NCBI GenBank assembly: GCA_963715195.1
Contig: CAVQRT010000002.1
Span: 256,001-320,000 of the forward strand
Direction of reading: 5' to 3'
Source of the DNA: Thermodesulfovibrionales bacterium
Lineage (GTDB): Bacteria > Nitrospirota > Thermodesulfovibrionia > Thermodesulfovibrionales > SM23-35
Length of the DNA: 64,000 nucleotides
Made by a program: the position numbers and the translations under genes. Below are positions 1-10,227 of this stretch, piece after piece; the stretch's first letter is position 1; each line of letters starts with the position of its first letter. The notes under the pieces were generated by a model that saw nothing but the letters and a program-made list of their open reading frames with translations, had not been told where the DNA came from and did no database searches.

Positions 1-1367
1 GCAAGGTAAGGGACGCCCCGTGTTGCTTCTGTCAATGGACTGGCAGTTACAATCTGAAAGCTTCCTGCAGCCGGGTTGATTGTCAAAGCAAGTGACTTCG
101 TTGCCGTGTTGCTTTTGGAATCAGTTACCTGAAGTGTAAAATTATACGTGCCACTCGATGAAGGGGTACCACAGATATCAGTGCAGTCTGACCCGCTTGT
201 GCACGCACAGAGGGAAAGCCCCGGTGGCAGACTTCCTGAAGTCTGGGTCCATGAGGTAGTCCCGGTGCAGACCCCGCCTGCGCGAACGGGGCTTCGGTAC
301 CAGCTTCCGACGGTTCCGTCCGGCAGAGGGCTGATTGTAGTAATCGATACTGCAGCATCATTAATTGTTATCGAATAATCCTTTGAGTCATTATGTTTGT
401 TGATGCACCCTGCATTGTCACAAACCCGAACCGTAAAATAATACGTACCTGATGAAACGGTGGGAGTTCCCGAAATAGTGGTTGACGGGGTACCGGTAGC
501 TGCCATGCTCAATCCACCCGGCAGGCTCCCTGCCGTAATGGTCCACGTATACCCTGACTCGGTGCCGCCGCTTGCCGTAATCGTAGCGGAATAGGGAGTG
601 CACTCCGTTCCGGCAGAAGGGTTGCCCGACGGCAATCTGAGAGGAGGTGCCGCTTCGGCATCCGGTACGAGAAAGTTCACAAACGCTGACAGCAATCCTG
701 AAGAAAAATTCATAACACGTGAAAAGATATCGCTTTCGGCATCCGCTTCTATCGTCGTATTGCAAGGTTTATTGACTGCATACCTCGTATCACTTTCGTT
801 TAATGCAACGAGGGGATATGGAGGGGAATCGAGATATCCACAGGATCCGGGGGTATCATCCTTGATTTCCACATTAGCGTTATTCACGAGGAACTTGCAC
901 ACCCGTGCTCTTCCAAGGCTGTCCCGGTAAGAAAGGGTCTTTTCCCAGGAATTGCTCATGCTGATGAGGGTATTCACATTCGTCTGCCTCGATACAGATT
1001 TCCCTCCCACAAGAATACTTTGAAGGAGGTCGTACTTGCTTGTTGTTGCCCAGTTGAGGAGGTTGCCGGAATAAGCACCTGCTGCGTCTGGTTCCCATCT
1101 GTTGCTGCCATATGTGTACATGATGTTAGGTTTATAGAGGCCCGAATAGGTCTTCGTGGGATCATAGCTGTCGGTATACGCAGCTTCGCCCATGATTGCG
1201 CCGTTATCCATAAGGATAAGGATATTCGGTTTTACATCCCGTTTCACATACGGCGGGATAATGCAGTAGTCCTTCATATCCGCAGCATGGAGAGGGAAAG
1301 GCACTACGCAAAACGAAAAGATTATGATTAACGATAAAAATTTGGCAGCAGTATTTTTCGGCTTCAT
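1..1367 (-). CDS. PilY1/PilC-like type IV pilus adhesin with putative Ig (He_PIG-like) repeats; 5' part only, runs off the left edge
   Basis: Absent from the ORF track because there is no stop in the window. Manual translation from ATG 1367 (RBS GAGG) gives a signal peptide MKPKNTAAKFLSLIIIFSFCVVPFPLHA, then DYCIIPPYVKRDVKPNILILMDN and SGNLLNWATTSKYDLLQSILVGGK (PilY1-like N-terminus), then repeats GSLPGGLS..ISGTPT..GTYYFTVRV / SGSLPPGLSL..GTPSSSGTYNFTLQVTDS. Confidence 0.75.
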   Translation of the reverse strand, partial: MKPKNTAAKFLSLIIIFSFCVVPFPLHAADMKDYCIIPPYVKRDVKPNILILMDNGAIMGEAAYTDSYDPTKTYSGLYKPNIMYTYGSNRWEPDAAGAYSGNLLNWATTSKYDLLQSILVGGKSVSRQTNVNTLISMSNSWEKTLSYRDSLGRARVCKFLVNNANVEIKDDTPGSCGYLDSPPYPLVALNESDTRYAVNKPCNTTIEADAESDIFSRVMNFSSGLLSAFVNFLVPDAEAAPPLRLPSGNPSAGTECTPYSATITASGGTESGYTWTITAGSLPGGLSMAATGTPSTTISGTPTVSSGTYYFTVRVCDNAGCINKHNDSKDYSITINDAAVSITTISPLPDGTVGSWYRSPVRAGGVCTGTTSWTQTSGSLPPGLSLCACTSGSDCTDICGTPSSSGTYNFTLQVTDSKSNTATKSLALTINPAAGSFQIVTASPLTEATRGVPYL

Positions 1368-1431
1368 TATATTACCTCGCTTTTTCTGCATGAATTCTTT
1401 TTGAATGAATGTTTTGCACGTCAATATTGAA

Positions 1432-1447
1432 AGCAAGCATTATGCCA
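1432..1447 (-). promoter_or_regulatory. sigma-54 (-24/-12) promoter for the PilY1-like gene
   Basis: Minus strand TGGCATAATGCTTGCT has exact GG-N10-GC spacing, 65 bp upstream of the ATG. Confidence 0.75.
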
Positions 1448-1571
1448 TTATAAAAGATATTGATTTTAATGCTTTTTTAAAAGCAGGTGGGTAACAGAGG
1501 TAAGAAAAGTATGTAACAGATTACATAGTTTTAGAGAAATTGACGCTGAAAATATCTCGTTTTTGCTGAAC

Positions 1572-2405
1572 TCATGAACTCTTCCTGAAATACCAGATCA
1601 GCACCTTTTCGATATTTGCATCGATACTGTCTTTTGCATTGATTATGAAAACCCTATTCTGTACCTGAAAAAGCTCTTTCTCCATTCTCACAATCTCGGG
1701 AGGTGCAACGGCTCTTTTGAGGTATTCTTCATGAAACATCGGCACGATCTTGTCTTTCATCCTGAGCTCGGTATCTATGAAAAAAATGCTTATTTCCGGA
1801 GAAAGGTCGGATACCCTGTCAAAAAAAGCAGATATCTCATTCTGATATATCTGCTTTGGAGGGGATGACTTGATCTCCATATATAATATTGAACCATCCA
1901 CCTTCGCAATGAGATCATAATCTCCGCCAACCTTCGGCCGTTTGAACCGTATGCCCCATACTGCTTCTGTTGCAAATTCCTTTTTGAAAATTTCCGCAAC
2001 AAACCATTCGAGGGTTTCACCGAAACTTTTTATCGGACCGCGAATCAGCCTGAATCCATCCGATAGCGGTTCAATCAGGCCTACTTCCCTCAGATATTCG
2101 GTATATTCGGCTGTAACTGCAGATGTCGCATATCTCGTGACCTGCTGAACTCTGAAAAATGTTTGGTTCTTGATGACATCTCGGAGGAACAGACGGAAAG
2201 AATATTTCCTGAGCATCTCATAGAAGCTGACAAGAAATCTTTTTTCGGGAAGAAGCAGGTCATCGGCAGGCTCACGTTTGTAGATTCTGAAGCCCCTCAG
2301 TTTCAATAAAACATCCAGAGACGGGGTCAGTTCTGACAGTGATCTTCTGAGCCGCCTTATTTCATTATGGAGGGATTCGATTTCATCAGATGCATTGTCA
2401 GACAT
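1572..2405 (-). CDS. hypothetical protein with PD-(D/E)XK-like motif
   Basis: 277 aa; GETLEWFV...GGDYDLIAKVDGSILYMEIKS resembles the restriction-endonuclease-fold E..D..EXK motif. Confidence 0.6.
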   Translation of the reverse strand: MSDNASDEIESLHNEIRRLRRSLSELTPSLDVLLKLRGFRIYKREPADDLLLPEKRFLVSFYEMLRKYSFRLFLRDVIKNQTFFRVQQVTRYATSAVTAEYTEYLREVGLIEPLSDGFRLIRGPIKSFGETLEWFVAEIFKKEFATEAVWGIRFKRPKVGGDYDLIAKVDGSILYMEIKSSPPKQIYQNEISAFFDRVSDLSPEISIFFIDTELRMKDKIVPMFHEEYLKRAVAPPEIVRMEKELFQVQNRVFIINAKDSIDANIEKVLIWYFRKSS

Positions 2406-2407
2406 GA

Positions 2408-2800
2408 TCAGATGAATTTTAATGAAACTCGCCTGTGCCTCGGTCCGTCAAATTCACAGAAGAAAATCGATTGCCATGTGCCGAGGAGCAATTTCCCCTC
2501 TTCAATAATTACATGCACTGAAGTTCCCACAATCGTTGATTTTATATGTGCATCGGCATTGCCTTCCCTGTGGAAGTAATTCATCTCATGGGGTATCAGC
2601 CTGTTCAGTGAATTCAGGATATCCCGCTGCACGCTGGGATCAGCCCCCTCATTGATGGTTATTCCTGCGGTTGTATGCGGCACATAAAGGATACAGACAC
2701 CCTTAACAACACCGGCATCCTTGACAACGCCCTGGACCATGTCCGTGATGTCAATAAATTCAATCCTTGATTTGCTCCTGACATTTATGTATTTAAGCAT
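2408..2800 (-). CDS. yjbQ: YjbQ family protein (UPF0047)
   Basis: PHTTAGITINE, EGNADAHIKS, LGTWQSIFFCEFDGPR motifs. Confidence 0.9.
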   Translation of the reverse strand: MLKYINVRSKSRIEFIDITDMVQGVVKDAGVVKGVCILYVPHTTAGITINEGADPSVQRDILNSLNRLIPHEMNYFHREGNADAHIKSTIVGTSVHVIIEEGKLLLGTWQSIFFCEFDGPRHRRVSLKFI

Positions 2801-2836
2801 GCTATTACCTCCGCGATTACGTTACATACCTTCTAA

Positions 2837-2908
2837 CCCCTCACCGACCCATCAGGGGAGAGGATTGCTTCAGAGCGCCTCCCTTGATGGAATGGGAGTA
2901 AGGGGAGG
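2837..2908. repeat. intergenic palindromic element (CCCCTCACC...GGGGAGAGG type)
   Basis: C-rich/G-rich imperfect inverted repeats between lpxK and yjbQ. Confidence 0.5.
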
Positions 2909-2927
2909 ATGTTTTATTCGCGCTATT

Positions 2928-3992
2928 TTACAATCGATGAAACACTTCCTCATAAAACCTGTCATCGACATCAAACTCAATCCGCAATACAAGAAGATTT
3001 TCCGGCAATGAGAACTGTTTGAGTCTCATTATATCCTTTTCAGTCGTTACAATCCAAGCTGCTCCGCTTTTCTCTGCATTGCCTGCAATCCTTCGAAAAT
3101 CCGCCTGGCTATACTGGTGATGGTCTCTGAAGACCGTAAATCCCTTTATCTCCCCGGCAAGGGAACGGAGCGTGTTCTGAAAAGAATGCGGGTTGCCGAT
3201 TCCGCAGAAGGCAAACACTCTTTTATCCTTCATGTCTGAGAGAGCGAAAACATCGCCTGATGCTGTTGCAAATGCAGTCGGAGTGTGCCGGGCAAAATAG
3301 AGCGGAGTTGACGCCGCGTATTGCCTTATTTTTTCAGTCAGGCTTTTTACACCTGCCCGTTGGTTGTCGACGCCTTCTCCCTTGCCCGCATCCCCTGAAC
3401 GGAGGCAAGAAGAGGAGATATTCGTTATCAAAATAATATCCGCCCTTTTTATTGCAGAAAAAGGTTCCCGTAATGGCCCGAAGGGGAAAAGTTTTCCGTT
3501 CCCAAAGGGGTTTGTTTCATCGATCAGAAGAATGTCCTTGTCGCGGTGAAGAGCCCAGTGCTGGAATCCGTCATCGAGGATAAAGAGATTCGGGGTTTTG
3601 GAATTTGAGTTTTGAAATGTGAGCTTTTCAAGTGCAAACATCCCTGCCTCGTATCTGTTCTTTCCTTTGATTATTGGAACCCCCTGCACTGTCTCTGCCA
3701 TGAGCATCGCTTCATCCCCTGACTGAGATACATCAATCAACGGGCCTTCACCCCTGCTCACAAAACACGGCCCCCCGGCTTTTCCCTTGTACCCTCGCGT
3801 GAGGATGCACGGATGAAAACCCAGTACCACAGCCTTTCTCGCCAGAGCCATTGCTGCAGGTGTTTTTCCGGTACCGCCAAGTGTTACGTTTCCGATGCTG
3901 ATAACCGGGCATGGAAGCCTTTTCTGGTTCTTCAATGCATGACGCCTTTTTACTGCATAGCCAAGAAAGTAGAGGTATTCAAAAGGCGTCAT
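2928..3992 (-). CDS. lpxK: tetraacyldisaccharide 4'-kinase
   Basis: VISIGNVTLGGTGKTP, LDDGFQH, GPLREP, TTEKD. Confidence 0.95.
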   Translation of the reverse strand: MTPFEYLYFLGYAVKRRHALKNQKRLPCPVISIGNVTLGGTGKTPAAMALARKAVVLGFHPCILTRGYKGKAGGPCFVSRGEGPLIDVSQSGDEAMLMAETVQGVPIIKGKNRYEAGMFALEKLTFQNSNSKTPNLFILDDGFQHWALHRDKDILLIDETNPFGNGKLFPFGPLREPFSAIKRADIILITNISSSCLRSGDAGKGEGVDNQRAGVKSLTEKIRQYAASTPLYFARHTPTAFATASGDVFALSDMKDKRVFAFCGIGNPHSFQNTLRSLAGEIKGFTVFRDHHQYSQADFRRIAGNAEKSGAAWIVTTEKDIMRLKQFSLPENLLVLRIEFDVDDRFYEEVFHRL

Positions 3993-4001
3993 AGGATGGC
4001 T

Positions 4002-4436
4002 TTATGTATTCTTTTCTAACATTCTTTTATTCAGCAAACCTTTAACCAGAAAAAATGATAGGCCGGAGAAAAGGATACCGAGCACGAGACTTCCGAGGAG
4101 TATGGGCACTATATAATGACTCAGATAGCTGATCTCACCGGCAAATCTCATTTCGAGGAATCTCCCGTTCAGGAGCAGGCTTCCTACCTCGGCACTGATA
4201 AGAAGCTGCACCGGAAACGTTAAAGGGTTTGATATCTGTGTGCCGAGCAGCACGATCAGTGTATTAACCCTCAAGAGCGATGCAAGTGCGATTGCGGTTA
4301 GGGTATGAGTACCAAACAGCGGAATAAAAGCGACAAAAATACCCACTGCGACACCAAGGGATATCTCATGCGGTGTCAGCCCTTTTTTGCTGAATCTGAG
4401 TATGTACGCCTTTATCTTCGCAACATATTTCATCAT
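4002..4436 (-). CDS. DUF2062 family membrane protein
   Basis: TPHEISLGVAVGIFVAFIP...SNPLT pattern; hydrophobic. Confidence 0.75.
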   Translation of the reverse strand: MMKYVAKIKAYILRFSKKGLTPHEISLGVAVGIFVAFIPLFGTHTLTAIALASLLRVNTLIVLLGTQISNPLTFPVQLLISAEVGSLLLNGRFLEMRFAGEISYLSHYIVPILLGSLVLGILFSGLSFFLVKGLLNKRMLEKNT

Positions 4437-4469
4437 GATATCTGAATTCGAAAATACACCTGGACTTTT

Positions 4470-5759
4470 TCAGTTAATGTACTGCCCAACAATCTTCACT
4501 GCCTTTTCGACAGCACCTGCATTCTTCTGATACATCTTCTGTGCGCTAAGACCGATTTTTCTCGTTCTGTCAGGAGAGAGAAGCAGCTCTCTCAAAGTGC
4601 GGAACAGTGCCTCCTCAGTCACTTGAATGGCTGCCCCTGCATGATAGAAATCCTGAATGACCGGGAAATTCTCCATGTGGGGTCCGCATACAACAGGTGT
4701 ACCCCAGTATGCCGGCTCAAGAGGATTCTGGCCACCATGTCCTCTGAAGCTTTTCCCGATGACTGCGATTGTGGAGATACCGTAAACTGAGGACAGTTCA
4801 CCAACACTATCAAGGAGAATAATTGTACCATGTATTGCGTCCGGGTTTTCTCTGTTATGAAGTTCTGAGCGTTTCAAACATTGTATGCCTCTCCCTCTGA
4901 GCATATCCTCCACACGTCCGAACCTCTCCGGATGCCTCGGTGCAACGATGAGATTGAGATCCGGGAAATCTTTCCTGAGATCGATATAGACTGATGTGAT
5001 CATTTCATCCTCTCCTTCATGAGTACTCCCTGCAACAATAACCGGCTTCCCTATCATAGAGGCCCATGGAGGAGTCTGCGCCGGGGGATCGGCGTCAAAT
5101 TTGAAACTTCCGGTAATCTGTATTTTACTGTTGTCTGCCCCGAGACTTCTCAGCCGTGCAGCATATTCCTCATCCTGCATTCCGAAAGAATCCACGGAGG
5201 AGAGAACGTTCCTCATGAAGAAAGAAAGCTTCCTGTAGCCGCGGAACGACTTTTCAGATATTCTTCCATTCAGGAGTATAACCGGAATACTGTTTTCCTT
5301 GAATACCCTGAGAAGATTCGGCCATAGCTCCGTCTCGATAACCATGAGAAGCTGGGGTTTCATCCTTTTTATCACTGATTTCAGGATAAAGGGTATGTCG
5401 AACGGGAGATAAATGATCTCTGTCCCGTCTGGCGATTTTTCCCGTGCAACCTTCTGACCGGTATCAGTCACGGTTGAGAGGATTATGCCATAAGCAGGAT
5501 ACGCTGTTCTCAATTCCCTGAGGAGCGGTAAGGCAGCCATCACCTCACCAACCGATACGGCATGAACCCAAAGAAAGGACGGGGGATGGGGGATGGGGGA
5601 TGCAGGATACAATCCAAATTTTTCCGTAAGCCACTTTCTCCTGATTTCCCGCGGCCGTTTAAAATACTCAAAAGGGAGGATGAAAATCAGGGAAACAAGA
5701 TACAGAAGGCTATAGAGAAAGTACATGGCAAAAAAGAATCCGGTTATGAATAAATTCAT
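4470..5759 (-). CDS. waaA: Kdo transferase (start may be 5726)
   Basis: WVHAVSVGEV, ETELWPN, AGSTHEGE, APRHPER, GGQNPLEPA. Confidence 0.95.
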   Translation of the reverse strand: MNLFITGFFFAMYFLYSLLYLVSLIFILPFEYFKRPREIRRKWLTEKFGLYPASPIPHPPSFLWVHAVSVGEVMAALPLLRELRTAYPAYGIILSTVTDTGQKVAREKSPDGTEIIYLPFDIPFILKSVIKRMKPQLLMVIETELWPNLLRVFKENSIPVILLNGRISEKSFRGYRKLSFFMRNVLSSVDSFGMQDEEYAARLRSLGADNSKIQITGSFKFDADPPAQTPPWASMIGKPVIVAGSTHEGEDEMITSVYIDLRKDFPDLNLIVAPRHPERFGRVEDMLRGRGIQCLKRSELHNRENPDAIHGTIILLDSVGELSSVYGISTIAVIGKSFRGHGGQNPLEPAYWGTPVVCGPHMENFPVIQDFYHAGAAIQVTEEALFRTLRELLLSPDRTRKIGLSAQKMYQKNAGAVEKAVKIVGQYIN

Positions 5760-5761
5760 TA

Positions 5762-5895
5762 TGGCAAGGCATAGTATTTGAACGGATTTTTTTGCCGATA
5801 GTCATGAAAACAAATCTGATAGTTAAGAGGCAAAAAACTCGGAAGTCCCGATTGATATCGGGACTGAGAATGAGTGAAAATAGTGTGCCTTGCCA
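5762..5895. mobile_element. MITE-like element, family B, copy 1
   Basis: Terminal inverted repeats TGGCAAGGCATAGTATTT / AAATAGTGTGCCTTGCCA and an internal hairpin AGTCCCGAT..ATCGGGACT; homologous to 12971-13090. Confidence 0.65.
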
Positions 5896-5923
5896 ATCTA
5901 TCATAATTATTGCTTTGTATTTA

Positions 5924-7123
5924 TTATTCCCTTTCTCCCGCCATTTCCATGATAATCTCCGCAACCCGTTCCGATGGGTTTTTATTGGCAAACTGCTCTT
6001 TGATCATCCGGAACTCAGTAATCATATTTTCCCTGTACTGTCTGTCAAACATGACCTTTTTTAATTCTTGTATGATCTCATGAGGATTGGCGCTTTTCTG
6101 CAGAAGTTCCCGGACAACCCCCCTGCCGGAAAGAATATTGACGAGTGATATGTGCTTTACCTGGACAATCCTTTTCCCGAGCTGATATGTCAGGGGCGAG
6201 AGTTTATACATCACGACCATTGGCACTTCGAGCAGCGCCGTCTGCAGAGTGGCTGTGCCTGAGGCAACGACAGCCAAGTCGGATGCAGCAAGCACTCTCA
6301 CCGATTCCCCCTTCCTGATAACCACGCCTTCTCTCTTGAGATCTTCAAGATATGATCTGTATGGTTCTTCATCGGTATTGGGTGCGAGGGGGATGCAAAA
6401 CTGATAGTGCATGGCCGCCGGTATGTCAGGATCACGCTTGAATTGTCGGACGGTTTCAAGAATCAGAGGAAAGTGTCTGTTCAGTTCACTCGGCCTGCTT
6501 CCGGGAAGAATGGAGAGGAGCGGCCGCTTTTCATCAAGGCCAAGGATATTTTTCATACAACCCTTCAGTTCCTGATTGATTCCGAGTGTTGACCGCTGGC
6601 CACAGCCTGTGTCCATGAATACCGCCTCTATTTCCTCCAGCACCGGGTGGCCTACAAACTCACATTCCACTCCGGCATCTCTGTAAATCTTCTCCTCGAA
6701 TGGCAGGATAACCATCATGCCATCCACCGTTTGTGCGATCTTTTTTATTCTGCCTTTGCGCCATGCCCACACCTGCGGACTCACATAGTAAAGGACTTTG
6801 ATGCCGAGGGGTTTTGCCATTTTGGCAACTTTCAGATTGAAATCAGGATAATCAATCGGTATAAGAACCTGGGGCCTGAATTTTCTCAATGCTTTTCTGG
6901 CGCTATTCAATGCAGTTTTTATTTTCCTCAGAGAGGAAACCGCCTCAATGATTCCAAAGGCATCGGATGTATGAGCGATGAGCTCCACTCCTGCATCCTG
7001 CATCCTGCTTCCTCCGATGCCGATAATATGAACATCCTGACATTTGCTCCTTAACGCCTTTGCGAGAAGGGAACCGTACAATTCACCGGAGCTCTCACCC
7101 GCGAGAATCATAACTGTGGTCAT
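5924..7123 (-). CDS. lpxB: lipid-A-disaccharide synthase
   Basis: MILAGESSGELYG, IDYPDFNL, YYVSPQVWAWR, LPGSR, SGTATL; start taken at MTTVMIL. Confidence 0.95.
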   Translation of the reverse strand: MTTVMILAGESSGELYGSLLAKALRSKCQDVHIIGIGGSRMQDAGVELIAHTSDAFGIIEAVSSLRKIKTALNSARKALRKFRPQVLIPIDYPDFNLKVAKMAKPLGIKVLYYVSPQVWAWRKGRIKKIAQTVDGMMVILPFEEKIYRDAGVECEFVGHPVLEEIEAVFMDTGCGQRSTLGINQELKGCMKNILGLDEKRPLLSILPGSRPSELNRHFPLILETVRQFKRDPDIPAAMHYQFCIPLAPNTDEEPYRSYLEDLKREGVVIRKGESVRVLAASDLAVVASGTATLQTALLEVPMVVMYKLSPLTYQLGKRIVQVKHISLVNILSGRGVVRELLQKSANPHEIIQELKKVMFDRQYRENMITEFRMIKEQFANKNPSERVAEIIMEMAGERE

Positions 7124-7160
7124 CGATTCGTGCCTTCGGTTGATTATGACAGAGCAACAA

Positions 7161-8252
7161 TCAGACGATGCTCTTGACTGTTTGACATATCTTCCGGATG
7201 GTTGCCTCTTCAAGCTCCGGATACATGGGCAGTGAGAGAACCTCCCGGGCTGCCTTCTCTGTTGCGGGGAATTCTCCCTTGCGGTAGCCCAGGAATTTCA
7301 TTGCCTCCTGCAGATGGAGCGGGACAGGATAGTAAACCACTGAAGATATCCCTTTTTCTTTTAATACCTTCTGTATCCTGTCTCTCTTTCGGCTCGTTAT
7401 CGTATACTGATGATAAACGTGATATGCGCCTTCTTTTTCAATAGGGCACTGTACTACATTGTGCAAAAGGTCATGATACAGGAGAGCGTTCCGCCTTCTC
7501 TGCTTGTTATACTTTTCAATATACTTGAATTTTATGAGAAGAATCCCTGCCTGCATTTCATCCAGCCTGCTGTTATAACCGACCCTCTTATGCAGGTAAG
7601 ATCCCTCTGAGCCGTGGTTCCTCAGTTCCCGTATCAGGCCGGCTAACCGCTGGTTATTTATGGTCACCATACCGCCGTCACCATATCCGCCGAGGTTTTT
7701 GCTGGGATAAAAACTGAAGCAACCGGCATCGCCGATACTTCCGACTGTGCGGTTGTTGATCCTCGCGCCAAATGCCTGCGCACAATCCTCAATCACTTTC
7801 AGCCTGTGCTTTTTCGCTATCCTGAGGATCTCCTTCATATCACTGGGGTGGCCGAAGAGATGGACGGGCAAAATCGCCTTTGTTCTCGGCGTTATATGTG
7901 CATCTATCTGGCGAGGATCGATATTCATGGTATCGGGTTGGATGTCGACAAAAACGGGTGTGGCTCCAGTATAGAGAATCGCTTCAGCAGTAGCAAAAAA
8001 CGTAAAAGGTGTTGTGATGACTTCATCTCCCTCTCCGATCCCCAGGGCGTCAATAGCAAGATGGAGTGCATCTGTCCCTGACGCAACGCCTATCGCCTCT
8101 TTCACGCTATGAAACTCCGCAACCTTCTTTTCAAACTCCGATACTTTTGAGCTGAGCACATAATGGCTGCTCTCGAGAATCTCGGTCAGAATATCAATGA
8201 TCTCTCCTTTGATTTCCTGGAATTGTCTCTTCAAATCAACCATTGGAATCAT
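7161..8252 (-). CDS. DegT/DnrJ PLP sugar aminotransferase (GnnB-like)
   Basis: SGTDAL, IEDCAQA, FSFYPSKNLGGYGDGG; lies directly upstream of lpxB. Confidence 0.85.
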   Translation of the reverse strand: MIPMVDLKRQFQEIKGEIIDILTEILESSHYVLSSKVSEFEKKVAEFHSVKEAIGVASGTDALHLAIDALGIGEGDEVITTPFTFFATAEAILYTGATPVFVDIQPDTMNIDPRQIDAHITPRTKAILPVHLFGHPSDMKEILRIAKKHRLKVIEDCAQAFGARINNRTVGSIGDAGCFSFYPSKNLGGYGDGGMVTINNQRLAGLIRELRNHGSEGSYLHKRVGYNSRLDEMQAGILLIKFKYIEKYNKQRRRNALLYHDLLHNVVQCPIEKEGAYHVYHQYTITSRKRDRIQKVLKEKGISSVVYYPVPLHLQEAMKFLGYRKGEFPATEKAAREVLSLPMYPELEEATIRKICQTVKSIV

Positions 8253-8262
8253 TCAATATCCT

Positions 8263-9175
8263 TTAAATCCTTATTTTCTCAGTGATCTGCATAACTACCT
8301 TCAGCGCATTTCTCCCTTCGGTAGCAGAGACTTTCGGTCTCTTCCGCTCTTGCACACAATGGAGAAAGTCCTTCAGCTCCTCTTTCAGCGGCTCTTTCTT
8401 CTCGGGTTTTATGATATCAGCTGCTATCCCTTCTTCATTTTTATAATACCGCTTTACCTCCGCACTCTGGTAATCGATAACGATATAGGAATCTTTCTGG
8501 GATACCTTGAGCCTTCTCTGCTTTTCAGGTGACAGACGGCTCACAGTCGCCAACGCAGTACAACCGTTTTCGAACTCAAGCCATGCCTTTGCAACATCGA
8601 GTTTATCGCTCAGCACTTTGGCGCCAACCGCCCTTATCTCCTGAACCGGCGTACCGATCAGACTCAGAATGATATCAATGTCGTGGATCATGAGATCGAG
8701 TGTGACATCAACGTCTGTTCCCCTCCCGAGAAACGGCGACAGCCTTTCTGATTCTATAAACACCGGATCTTTAAAAAAACCGGATGCGGCAAGAATCGCA
8801 GGGTTATATCGTTCAAGATGCCCGACCTGAATAATACTGCCGGAATGTTCTGCTACCTCAGATAAGGTGATCGGCCTCTTCGACCGCAACAGTAATCGGC
8901 TTCTCGATCAGGACATCCTTGCCTGATTTCAGGCAATCGAGGGCGATGGGATAATGGGTCGTTGTCGGGGTGACGATGCTCATCGCATCAACAGTATCAA
9001 GCATATCTCTGTAATCATGCGTCGCCCGGCAGTGATAGGTATGCGCTATGGTGTCTGCCTTTTCCTGGTTGATATCTGCAACAGCAATAAGCTCTGCCTC
9101 CTCTATTTCCGAATAGATTCTCGCATGGTGCTGCCCCAGATACCCGACACCAATAACACCTACCTTAAACGCCAA
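8263..9175 (-). CDS. Gfo/Idh/MocA oxidoreductase (GnnA-like), split by a 1-bp frameshift at ~8860
   Basis: GVIGVGYLG and EKP in ORF 8858-9175; GHLERYNP and DLMIHD in ORF 8263-8889; removing one base (ATC[T]GAG) joins them. Confidence 0.85.
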
Positions 9176-9210
9176 AGACCCCCTCCTGTATTTTGTATGC
9201 TGACTGCGTA

Positions 9211-10223
9211 TCAGATGGCATTGCTCACCCGCTTTACTTCTTCGAGCTTTTTCAACGCCATGCCCGAATCGAGAGAGTCGGCAGCCAAGCCAAATGCCGT
9301 TCTGAAATCATCAGTCTTCTCCGCAACAACAAGCGCAAGCGCGGAGTTCATGAGAACAATATCGCGTTTCGGTCCTTTTTCACCCTTGAGAATCGAGAGC
9401 GTAATTCCGGCGTTCTCTTCTTTGCTGCCGCCGCGGATCTGTTGAACGCTGTTTCTCCATATCCCGAAATCCTCAGGTTCTATACGAAAATTTTCTATGT
9501 GCTCATCCTTGAAACGTGAGACCTTTGTCGCATCGGATATGCTGACTTCATCGAGTCCGTCATTACCGTGCACGACCATTGCATCTATGGCTCCAAGATT
9601 TCCCAGAACCTGGGCAAGGATTTCAGTGAGTCTTCCGGCAAACACTCCAAGAACCTGCCTTTTTGCACCCGCGGGGTTGGTGAGTGGACCAAGGATATTG
9701 AAGATTGTCCTTATTCCCATTTCGCGACGCGGACCGATGGCATATTTCATCGCCGGATGAAATAAGGGGGCAAAAAGGAATCCAAAGCCTGTCTCGAAGA
9801 GGCATTGTTCAACTTTTTCAGGAGGAAGATCTATTTTGACGCCAAGGGCCTCGAGGACGTCAGCACTGCCTGACCTGGCTTGAGACAGACCTGTTTCCGT
9901 GTTTTGCGACCGGGACACCTGCTCCTGCAACAACAAAAGCTGTTGTCGTAGAGATATTGAATGTGTGCGCCATATCTCCTCCGGTCCCGCATGTGTCTAG
10001 GACCTCCTCGGGTGCACTGAATAGCAGCTGCTTTCTGGCGCATAATTCTGGCTGCGCCTGTTATCTCCTCCACGGTCTCGCCCTTCATTCTCAGTGCCGC
10101 AAGGAATGCCCCGATCTGGGCATCTGTGGCCTTCCCCTCCATGATCTCCTGCATGCATGCGGCACTCTCAGGCTCTGTAAGACTGATATTGTTTATGAGC
10201 ATGTTGATTGCTTCTTTAATCAT
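9211..10223 (-). CDS. trpD: anthranilate phosphoribosyltransferase, with two 1-bp frameshifts (~10020, ~9875)
   Basis: N-terminus MKGETVEEI; middle frame reads [27 protein letters not shown]-terminus [21 protein letters not shown]. Confidence 0.9.
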
Positions 10224-10227
10224 GGAA

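Noticed and set aside
125..1331. Short ORFs listed at the window start
   Set aside because: They are shadows of the long minus-strand PilY1-like frame.
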